Source: Octopus sinensis (lineage: Eukaryota). From it: a stretch of DNA of 64,000 nt. Made by a program: the position numbers and the translations under genes. The notes beneath the pieces are model-generated. The model searched no databases and was not told where the DNA came from. It saw nothing but the letters and a program-made list of their open reading frames with translations. The stretch is taken from contig NW_021832222.1 of the NCBI RefSeq assembly GCF_006345805.1, positions 1 through 64,000 on the forward strand, in the 5' to 3' direction. Positions 1-11,557 of this stretch are shown here, piece by piece; positions within the stretch are counted from its first letter, which is position 1; each line of letters opens with the position of its first letter.

Positions 1-790
1 GAACAAATCGAACTTAACCCATGAAATATTCTTAAGACTTTAAGAATTCTTTTAAAGTCTAATTTCTGCTTTTATATGTCCAAAGAAACCATTCGAGTTC
101 ACATGAACGCTTCTTGTTATTTTTTGAAAGACATCAGATATGAACCAGAAAAAGGCAATAGTCAATTATATAAAGAAACAAATTTATTATTCCATTATTG
201 GAATATCAATCGGAGGAAAATCCGATATTATTTATGAATGAAACAAATCTCAACATGCACATATCCCGTAAAGAGTCGTTTAGAAAAAGGAACAAGGTCT
301 AATGTTATTTCAACAAATTTGCAAGGTGTCAATGTACATTTCATTGGTTGTATCGGGTCTTTTGAACTGTTAAATTATAATTTTAAACGTAGATCCTTTA
401 AAACAGAATCTCCTCATGAATGGTTGAGAATTTGTCTACGAAAAGCCATGGAAGCTTACAATTTCCCAATAGTGCTAGTAGTAGACAATGCTCCATGCTA
501 TTCAGGAATTGAAGAATTTGTCAAAGAAAAGGAATTTATCGGAAATAAATTTCAAGATTGGGTCCTTATAGCCCTATGGTCAACCCAATTGTGAAAATTT
601 GACACATTGCAACAGACACGAAAAATATTTTGAATTATGTGGGACAAGAAGCTTTGTCAACTACTGATTTTTGACTTCGAAAGTTAAAAGAGACTATGAT
701 TAACTCTGTATGTATAATCACTTCGTCTTTATGCATCACGGTATTTACTAAAATTCAGAGGTTGGTTCTATCGGTGTTAAATAAATAATT
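1..790 (+). mobile_element. Degraded Tc1/mariner-IS630 (DDE_3) transposase fragment, cut by the window edge
   Basis: ORF 238-594 contains VLVVDNAPCY. After a frameshift the sequence reads LGPYSPMVNPIV, the LPPYSPxLNPIE-type motif. Stops and frameshifts are present. Confidence 0.7.
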
Positions 791-1067
791 TTATTGTTCA
801 ATTTTGCTTTCGGTAAGACCCACTTTAAACCTGAAATGGTAGTTATTTTCTTTTTTCTTATGAATTGAGCTTATTTTAATAAAAAATACAATTATAATTG
901 ATATTGATGTTATAAATTTATAATATTTTTAGCCTTAAATGTTTTATTTTTACAAAGTATATTGATTTTAATAATATTTGTATCGTCACAAACTGACAAT
1001 CAATTTATTGACGTACAAAATACATTAAATAGCTAATTTTCTGCATATAATTAGAAAAGTAACTTTT

Positions 1068-2495
1068 ATGAATTTTCGTTGCAGCTGTTTCTCAAAATCC
1101 GAAGATGAATTTATTATGAGAAAGCAAAGTAAAAGCATAGACAAATTGATATACAAAGAGAAAAACCTAAACAGACAAACTCATAAACTTCTTTTATTAG
1201 GCAGATATTTTTGTGACGAATTAGAATTTGTAGGAACGGGAGAATCTGGCAAAAGCACTTTTATTAAACAAATTCGCATTATTCACATCAATGGATTTAA
1301 ATATACGTATTATTTTTATGAATATTTATTAATCTATCTCAATTTTTATTGACGTATTAGAGAACGAATGAACTATTCTACTATTATTCGTTTAAATTTA
1401 TTTGACTCCATAAAAGTAAGAGGAATCTATAAGCATCAATAGATTCTTTCCCGCCAATTTTCGTTTTTTGATCCTCCCATAAAAATCGACTACTTGGATT
1501 ATATCAATCAGTTTGATCGTCGAAATATTAAAAATTGGTCAGAAAATACACCACAAGACATGATTGTAATTTTAACACATATATGCGTAGTTTTATTAGA
1601 TTATGTATAAAAATGCAATCAGTTCTATTTGGAATGATAAAGTGATTAACGAAAATTACAGGAGGCTCGACAAATTTATAAATTTGAAATGGGCAGAATA
1701 GTTTAATTTTATTGGTTAATTCAATTAAAATAGTTTTATACGAGAATCTGAGAGAATATGTCAATTCGATTATGTGCCAACCGATCAGGTACTTTACTTA
1801 TAGAATAGACTCAAAGGACATTCTTCGCTGCAGATTTTTGACAAGTGGGATAACTGAAACACAATTCGCAGTAGATGGAATCAATTTCCAGTAAATAATA
1901 TTATAATAAATAAAAATCAGCATATTTGACGTTGGCGGGCAACAGAGTGAAAGGAAAAGATGGATTCAATGCTTTAGTGACGTAACATCTATCATATTCG
2001 TCTCTGCCTGCAGCGACTATTGCAGATACACAGAAGATTCAACAAAAAACCGACTGGTAGAGTCGGTGGAGTTATTTGAAAATATATGGAATAATCGGTT
2101 GTGCACAGACTTGAGTAGATAATAGATGGCTTGTGAATGTTTCTTTTATTTTATTTCTCAATAAGCAAGATTTGTTTGAAGAAAGAATACAATCGGGTTT
2201 TTATCCACTCGGATCTTATTTTCCAGAATACAACGATTATACTAGTTAGTTTATATTTTAAACTTATAGACTCTGGTGCAACAGAAATTGAGAAAGCAAG
2301 ACATTTCATTAGAGATATGTTTATGGTAAAACAGGCTTAATAATTGCAAAGAAAATCGCTGTAGATACGAAGGGAAACAGATACTGCTATCCTCACTATA
2401 CGTGCACAATTGACACCAATAAGACAAAACAAGTATTTCAAGACTGCAGGGAAATTATTCGCAACATTAACATTAGACTATATGATCTTATTTAG
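1068..2495 (+). CDS. GNAS: Heterotrimeric G protein alpha subunit, Gs-like, multi-exon
   Basis: The spliced reading gives THKLLLLG|[14 protein letters not shown]|[40 protein letters not shown] and the C-terminus [13 protein letters not shown]...IRLYDLI* (TAG 2493-2495). The C-terminus resembles Gs (HYCYPHFTCAVDT...LRQYELL). Confidence 0.85.
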
Positions 2496-2589
2496 ATATA
2501 ACACTTATTTCTTGTGAAAATAAAATAACATGGCTAGATTAAAAACAGTAAAGCAATGAAACACCAACTCATATTGATTTGGTAGTTTA

Positions 2590-3170
2590 TCGTTTGTCCC
2601 TGGATCTTCTTTCTTTTGTTCGAAATCATTTTTCAATAGAATTTAAAAGTTTTAAAAAGCAAGCAGGTATTAAAGGTAATCCGATAATATATTTTTACGA
2701 GGTAATTTGATATGAATAAAAAGAATGTATCTGGAATACTGATAAATCACTGAGACCGACAAATAATAAAAAGATTATATTTATTGAGATAGCAATTAAA
2801 AAGATGATTAATACCAGTTGTACATAAGAGTGTACGAATACTTTTTCGCCTGGTTAGAGGTTTTGAGAAGAAGCAATTTTTAAAAATATTGTATAAAAGA
2901 AGAATAGAATAGTTTGACAATCGGAGATTATTCAGAGAGGATCTTGTTTCTGATGCATTTGTAGAACCTGTTCTGAAATGGCTAGAATTGACCATTCTTC
3001 AAAAAATCTTTTTATATTTCTGTTATTACCAGATCACATTCCAACAGAATCAGTATAAACAAAGATTCTAAAATAAGAAATATTACAATTACTTCAGTGA
3101 CAAGTAACGATGAACAGGCTTATGAGATGTAAAATTATCAACCAACAGTCATTTATGCAAGTCGGTTTCT
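2590..3170 (+). pseudogene. Decayed third copy of the FARP FERM/FA region
   Basis: About 2880-3155 aligns by eye with 27190-27460 and 37290-37530 (aagaatagaa...agagaggatc...cagatcacattccaacagaatcagtat...gatgaacaggctt). It carries many indels and stops. Confidence 0.75.
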
Positions 3171-3357
3171 TTTATAGTATATAAAAACTTAGCGTAAGAG
3201 TACCTAGAATAAAATTGTATATACATTACATTTTTAGAAATGAACATTTGATGCAAGTTAGTTCGACTATTTTTAATCAATTGGTTAAATATTAATTGAT
3301 ACGATAACAAAAATCAAACATTAAAACAAAAATTAAACATTTATAGGAAAAATTATA

Positions 3358-4158
3358 TCATTTATTTCTATGTTGTATTGATCTCCTTATTGCAGTATTA
3401 AGCCCACCGCAAGCACTAGTAGATTTTTGAATTCCCTAAAAATAAAAAGCAACTATCCACCTCTTTCAACAGCAAAGGGGCAATATTTCCACTAGACATA
3501 ATCGTTACAATCTTCTTAAACCCAACCATGCAGGCAATTGTCAGAGATCCTGTTATCTAAAATATAAATATTGTTACTCAACATCCATTAAATCATTCGT
3601 AGTGGGATCCACAATAATTTGTTTACCTTTAAAGGCCTAAAAATAATCAAATACGAGCATACCAGTGAAACAGCAGAAACCATATCGTACATCTCAACAC
3701 CAGCGTCAATTAAAGCTGCAGAAATGCAGCAAATAGAAGGACCCAAACCTTTTAAATATATTTGTTTAAATTACAGTTTCCATCAAGTTGGAGAACAGAC
3801 ACATTAATGTCGATGACAGATTTGGGGTAGATTGAGGTTTTAATGACACTGTTAAAGGTAGACCGTACAATTGAAGATGACTCACGCTCGAGTGTCTCAA
3901 TGTCTTCACGTTTAGTATATGTAGCAAAAGGAGATATATTGAAATTGCAGTTTAATTTGAATTCCGAACGATAGTCTCGAACATGAAGGAAATCATGGGG
4001 ACCATAGCTATGTTATTGGTGTGGGTTAGAGTTACAAACATTGAACAGATCACCTTGCACCTTCCTTGTTCAAAATATGCAGAGCCCTGGGACTCGCTAA
4101 CTATACCTAATTTTAGGCCTATTGGACGACACGTGCTACCACATTGTGCAAAAGCCAT
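3358..4158 (-). CDS. EXOSC6: Exosome RNase PH-family subunit, MTR3/EXOSC6-like (RRP41 not excluded)
   Basis: RPIGLKLGIVSESQGSAYFEQGRCKVICS, SPFA, YPKSVIDINVSVLQLDG, AALIDAGVEMYDMV. Stop at 3358-3360. Short introns. Confidence 0.65.
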
Positions 4159-4640
4159 TGGAATGTAATTAAATGATATTAAAATAACTTTTCTTACAAA
4201 TAAACTATTAATATTTAATTTTTCTGAACATTCCCCAACTGGAAGTTTCTACCATAATGGATACAAATACATGATGGTTCAGGAGCTTAAGTGTCTATTT
4301 TTTATTTCCTTTTTTACAATCGGTTCATTTTTGGCTTAACCTATCATGATCTCTGTGTATGAAATATCACTTCTGTACATTCTGTATTTCATATAATTTT
4401 CTTCTTTTTAGTTTCCATATCATTTATAATGATCTTATTATCTTTTTAAATAATAATTGCAATGAACCTATTAATCTACCTAAAGGATCACGCTGACAAT
4501 TTGCAAAAAATCGCAGAGAATTTGTTAAAATGGCGGTAAATTTTTTGTCAATTCGAAAAATAAAGAAAAATTTTTTTACTAAAATTTTGTTTGAAACTCG
4601 CAAATAAAGTTAAATTTTTATTTTGGGTAATATTAATTTA

Positions 4641-7600
4641 TTAATTATCTATTGTTGTTAAAGAATTAAGTTTGATTGCCATCCGTGTCAATTTTTCAAA
4701 GTTTTTTTGATTTAATTCGACTTGATTTTTTAGCTCTTTTGTAGATCCTTTGAATGACAATTTTTCAAGCAATGTATCATATTCATTTGTCGTTGATTGA
4801 ATTTTATAAGAAATTGTGTTATATTGCAGGATATTTTCTTTAGTGCAATATTTTCTTTCAAAATTTTCATATTTTTCTCTGATTTCAAGACAACCAATAT
4901 TTCCATTCTTGCAACCAAATACTACACATCCATCTTTAGTCACGTTCACAAATTCTATTTCCATATTCAATTTGATTTCTCCTGTTATTGTCAAGTCTGG
5001 AATAGAGACAGCGATAATTCGATCGGAGCAGCAGAAAATTGCTATTTGTCCGGTTTTTGAAAACCCGACAAATTTTTCAAACCCGCAAAAAAGAATGCTT
5101 CCATCAGAATAAAGAATATTTGAATTAATATCAACAAAAAGTGGATTTTCTGGTCGAATTAAACTTTGGCTGAAATTAATTTGACGTATATCATCAAATT
5201 TTGATACAACTGATTGATTGAGAATATTATAAAATATAATTTTTCCAGATATACTACCAACAAAATAAATTATAATGCAATCAGAAATTTCTTTAGATTC
5301 GCAAAATTCATAAAATACACTTGAAAAATTAATCTTGAGACTACGCAATTTTAAAGATGACCAATTTTCATTCTTAATATCAAGAAAGTTAAATAAAACG
5401 TCATTTTCTTTTAGATGATGTGGGATTATTAAATATTTATCGTCATGAGAAATTATAGGACATGAATATATCTCGTATATTTGAGTGTTGATTTCTGTAC
5501 TTTTGATTTGATCAAAAGAATAATCATATGCTGAAATGGAATAAAAATCACTTGTAGATTTGCGATTAATAAAAAGAATCGAATTGCTCTTAGTCATCGA
5601 AATCGGAAATCCAGAAAGTCCTTCCAATTTTAACAAAACACGATCAATAGTCAGATTCCAAAGATATGATTGATTAGATTCTGTCATAACAAATAATAAA
5701 TTTTCTTCCTTAGACAGTGCGTAATTTACTATAACTTTCGGATGGCTTACTATATTAGTATACTTTCCTGTCTCTTTAAAGAAAACTCCCAAAACTTGTT
5801 GATTATTCCAAATAGAAATTCCTCTAGTCTTATGTGTCTAAACTTAATATAAGAATCATACAGTTATGCTTCGGACGGGTTCATAAAGTTGTGGAATTAT
5901 TTTTAAAGATTTTCCAAATGAGTTTAAATCAAAAAGAATTACGTATTTCTGGTTCTTCAGTGTGACTGCAATTTTACAATCATTAATTTTATAAATATTC
6001 GTTATTTGATTTAGGGGACATCTGAGATTGTGGAGAATCCGTCCAGAGTCAGTATGAACAACAAAAACATAGCAAAAATACGAGAAAGCAAATAATTCAG
6101 AGTTTGACAATAGAGTCAGATTATTCATGACGAGTGATACTTCATCGTTATTCGGAAAAGTAAATCTTTGTGGTAAATTATTTGGAACATCAATTTGATA
6201 AAAAATGTTTCCCTTTTTCGGACAAATGACATACACTTTTTTTGGAGTTGTCAACACCAAGTACTTATTTTCAACAGTTATAAATATTTCTGAAATGTAC
6301 GACAACGTTTTTAGATTGATTCGGTTAATGAAAGTCAAAGAAAAGCCTGTCAATGAGACCAAATCAACAAATGATTCGTCTGATGATAGAATCACTAAAA
6401 CAGTCCCATCTTCTGAAATGGATGAATATTTAATCATGTAATCTGTTTTTAGATAAACTGTATCAAAATTATTAAGCGAAATCTTGAGCAAATTGTTTTC
6501 TGAACACCCACAAATAAGCTTTTCGTCTATCAGAAAACATGAATTTAATTTTAAGGAAATGGGAATAATTCTCAGAAAATCACAGTTCTTTAAACTTGCA
6601 ATAGCCAAATAATTATCTTTTCCAATGACTTGAATAACAACCAAATCAAAACCAACGCACATCTGTTAATAATAAAAATTTTAAGATACGATTTCCAAAA
6701 AATGCTTCTTCAAAGGTGGCTTAATATAGTCTGAGGGTATTAAAAAACCAAGGAAATTGCCATTTCTATTGAAAAGACTTATTGTATTGCCATTTTTCTT
6801 ATCACAAATAAGTATAACTTGTCCATCTTTGTTTGAATAGAAATTTCCACAGATCGTCTTGATTTTATCGAATTTTCCGGACCCAATTTCGTGGAAATAA
6901 ATATCCGATCTCTCCACATTTTTGAGAATTAAACTATAAATAATGCATTTAATTTCTACTTTGACGACGTGACTGACATTTTTTGAGGAAATATTTGTGT
7001 ATTGATTATTTCATCTAAATAATTTTCATTTTCATGAGAATGGCTGAAAAGTGGGACAAGTCCACTATTTTTTTCTTTAGAGTCCATAAAATCGACCATT
7101 TTTCTAATTCGATTGGAGTCGAGATACAGTGGTAATAATTTGTTTGTTAAATCATTTCGGAAATACTTAAAATTGTTGTTACTCTCTTTGTGGCTTTTTA
7201 GTACTGCGCTACAAATCAATTCACATTCAACAAGCCCACAAAGTCTGATGTCATAAAGTAAATGTGAAGAAGGGGATGTCCGCAATTTACTTGTGAACCA
7301 ATCAAAATTGAATGATATCATTTTTTCAATGTCGGTATATCTATTTGCCATTTTTAATGCATTGGGAAGTTCTTCATTTCTTCTCCAATTGATAAAAATT
7401 TTATCAGATAACTCAAAATTTTGCTGCATTATCAGACGCCCATGTTTTTTCGAGTTTTTTTTCTGATAGTCTTTTCCATCATAAGAATATAATCCAGAAA
7501 AATAGTCGCTGAGGCTGTTATACACTGACATAACTAATTTTTCACAACCTAAATATCTACAAAAATCAACAAAATAGTTCATACCTCTGTTTACAAATCA

Positions 7601-10003
7601 GATATATTATTTCATGTTTTATTCGATTGACTGTTATATTTAAACTATTTATTGATATTATGAGCTTATCAAGCGATAGTCGAATTGCACTCCATAAAAT
7701 TGGCGGGAATCGGTTAACTGGAATATTAGACTTGCCATAAAGTTCTTCAAGGACCTAATTTATTAATAATACACAAAATGAAGAACCTCGTCAGTTAAAG
7801 ATAGCAAATCTTCCATTTCGGCATTACTCACTCCGATAGTCACTGATGTCAAATATAAGATTATTGCTGATATTGTTGTCTCTCCGAAACGATTTTCCAA
7901 CTTATCGAGATAATAGTTCACAATGTCTTCCAAAGACTTCGGTAGCACAATATCATCTTCATCCGATTTAATTGTCATTAAATATTCCCGAGCTATAAAA
8001 CTAAATCATAGTTAAAAAGATTTCGTACTTTAACAAAAGAGGAGATCGGTATGTACAGGCTAGCTGATTTTCCACGGTCCTAAATTGATGCGATGACAAA
8101 GTCTTCCCAGAATTTTTCAGAATTTCAAAAATGAAATTGAAGGAATCAGTGATAGAAAAATTAGTCACATGCAGACCGTTCATTTTCTCAATTCCCATTA
8201 TTTGTGTTAATTTAGAGATCCTTGATTCGTTAATTGAAATAATTGTTTTTATGTTTGAAGCAAGTTTAGCTTGAAACCACTTTTTATGTTATAAAATGAA
8301 TTAAAACTTTTTTTTCGAGGAGTCTTTTATTTTCAAATATAAAATCAATTCCATCGAGAAATATTACATATTTCTTAGTCATTAAAACATTATCCTCAGG
8401 ACAATCTCCAAAAAAGTTACAAATCATTTTATCTTTATTTTCAATTATTTCGATTTGTTGATTTATTCTGTTCAATAAAATTTCGGGATCCAATCCACTG
8501 CGAGTAACTCCGCAAAAAATTGGGATGATTATAAAGTTTTCAGTTTGGACAAGTTCAGCACACGCGGCTGCCAAAAGTGATGTTTTCCCACTACAATGGT
8601 TTCCATACACTATCAAAGGACTTTGCTCTTCACCATATATGTATTGAGTTAATATCGGCAGCTGTTGATTATAATCTACAAATATTTCGTGCTTATTAAA
8701 GCAGAAATTGAGTGTTTCTATAATATCGTTGATCAATATTTGGCGAGGGAATATTTCAGGAGGACTGTTAGAATCAATAATTTTATGCAATTTTTCAAAA
8801 AGTGCTTCCTTAAAATCTGATAAATAAGAGGAGTGCATCTGTTTAATTTAGATTTGCACATTACTTTAGTGTTTGGATCAATTCCTTCTGTTCCTCTCCA
8901 TAAAGTTTCCAATTCAATTTTATTCTCATTGGATATATTGGATCCAATCCATTTTTCGTTAATTTGTTCAAGTAATTCCTCTCTTTCACTGTTGATGACA
9001 AATTTGTTGTTTTTTGTTTTACAGATCAAAAGATTATAATATTGTAATTACTTCAATGTGCTGTTTTGCTGATGGTTTGTTCACGTGATAAGAATAATCT
9101 TTTAATTTTCTGTAAAAAATTAAAATTTCCCCTTCTCGGCTTCGATTTCCTTTAGTGCTTGCGTAAACAGAAGCACAAATTTCTTTTCCAAATCCTAAAA
9201 TTTGATATTTATTAAAGATGCCGGATAATATATTTTTCAATTTAAAATCATCGTTAATTTCAGTTTCATCCAGATGTTGTAATATTCGGTATAAAATATT
9301 CCACACCAAACTGATAGCATCTTCTTGGGCACAATCAGAAATATATACTGGCTCCTATTCATTTAATAAAAATGAATACTTTTTTTAATATTTCATCAAG
9401 CAAGTTCAGCTGATCTTCGCACAGCTGGTAACACAAAGGCAATGAAGTTGTAGTGAAAGCATAAACTGATTCAAGTAGAGGAAGCCATTTTGATGCAAAA
9501 ATTGGCATTTTATTAATTCCGGTTCGAATTATTTCGAATTCTTCTTCGGAGAACGACGAAGGTAACGAAAATCGTCCATATCTATGACCAACCATGATCT
9601 ATAAACTTTTATCTAGATAATATACCAAGACTTTAGGAATCGATTTAGAAGAAAGACATTGAGCCAATTCAAAGAGCCGTATTTTTTCAATTTCAGAAAT
9701 TGATAGCATATTCTTATCAACAAACTCAGTCATAAGATGAAAATCCAAAATCTGAAATAATAACAAATGAGATCACTCGGAATTCTGTTCCAAATGTGTT
9801 CATACAAAAATTTCTCATTTTTGGAATAATATCATTGTGCAAAACCTCTGTTTCATGTGAAAATTCTATTAAAAAATATAAATATAAATAATACCATCAA
9901 AATTGTTGCATAAAAAAACATGCATGCATTTATTCTGATTTGATTTTATGCAGCCAGGATGGAGCCCTGAACATAACAGTATTTGATCTTCTAGTTCTTC
10001 CAT
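4641..10003 (-). CDS. NACHT and WD-repeat protein (NWD1/NWD2-like STAND NTPase)
   Basis: N-terminus MEELEDQ...MHVFLCNNFD and VGHRYG, Walker A YGNHCSGKTSLLA, Walker B IFLDGID, GVSNAEMEDLLSLTDEVL, NWRRNEELP and FNFDWFTSKL, followed by a long beta-rich C-terminal region. Confidence 0.8.
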
Positions 10004-11557
10004 ACAAGGATTGAAAATTTATACTCAAACACTTTATAAAAAAATTTCTATGGATACTAAATTTTTTGTCAATCTATTTTCTGTAAAAGAAAAATGGAAA
10101 CTTATAAAATTCATCCTAGTCTAAAAATTGCTTGAAAAACAATTTTTTAGAAATTAATGATTTTGGTAAATTTTTAGTAAAACCAACGATCATAATATGA
10201 ACCATATCTTTAAATGAGAAGCACTCCAAATAAATTAATTGATTTCTAGCATACTTTGATGTGAATCAGTTAAACCCACTCAGACGAAGTCACTGTGAAA
10301 CCAAAGCCTACCACTTCAGTTTGGACAAAAACCTCCAAATGGCTCTCCCCAGACCGATTCAACTCCTGTTACAGAAAGTCCAGTGATTCGTGTCAGGTCT
10401 CTAACTTAACATTGGGACACGTTTAAGACCCAAATATTAATAGTAAAAAATCTCAATCCTTGCCTCTTAGAATTGACAATAATTTTGAAAATATTGAATC
10501 TCAAGTAGACTTTTTCGCAGCTCTCAGAAAACTGGATGTTATTTTCACAAAGTTGCAGAATATCCTTTCAAAAGGAAACATCCCTTAAGTTAAATGGCGT
10601 CAACAATTGAATTAGAGAATATACCAATTCTTTAACTTACTAGGCTACCGATTCTTAAATATAAAATGGGACAATAAATACTTTTCTTGAACAGATAAAT
10701 CTGCAACCTCGGATCTTAGAACAAGAAACATGTGAATTTACATTTTTGGAGGTAAAAGTAAGTTGGCTAAAAGTGAGATGGATGAATTAAAAAAATTTTC
10801 TTCATACAGAAAGTTACTGGAAGACTTTTCCAATTTTTCTCACTGCCTTAAAGACCTTAATTCGAAAAACATATAGTATGGCTGAGATCGACAAATAAAG
10901 ACAGACAAAGTCTCCAAAACCTTGTGAGAAAATCGGCGTATCTGTTCATACGTTAGAGACCCCTAAGATCACTCTCCTTGTGACTAGAACAATCTTACCC
11001 ACTCTTAAACTAGTAAACGGTCGTGGTATCACTGGAAAAGATTTCCAAGTTATTTGCCAATTATTTGCCCAGCAGGTAGGAATCCAATTCTGATTGCTCA
11101 CTATGTCTCCATCGCCAATTCACTATCGGAAAATAACCAATATTCAATAAGGATCCCCATCAGTCTTGCCTTTATTCAGAAAGTCTTAGACTAAGTCACG
11201 TTCCGGACACTTGAAAGATCTCTAAAGTTAAAATAATCATAAAACCCTCAAAACCTATTAATCCACCCAGCAGCTTGTTGCCCATAATTTTGAGACTTAT
11301 AGAAAAAATTATGACGAAACGTGTTGAATCGTTCATTAAGTGAGAAAAGGTGCACCAACAGTAAAGCTTTCGCGCAGGCCGAAGCCGCGATGACTGATTC
11401 CTTAACCCACATTCAGAAATCCAAAACTCTATCACTCGTATGCCTAGTAAGCATTCGCAATATTCAAACCAGGTAACAATGTCTTGAATTGATTAAAATA
11501 CTACTGATTTAAATTAAAATAATAAATAATTTGAGTGTTTCTGGTTTGTGAGTACAT

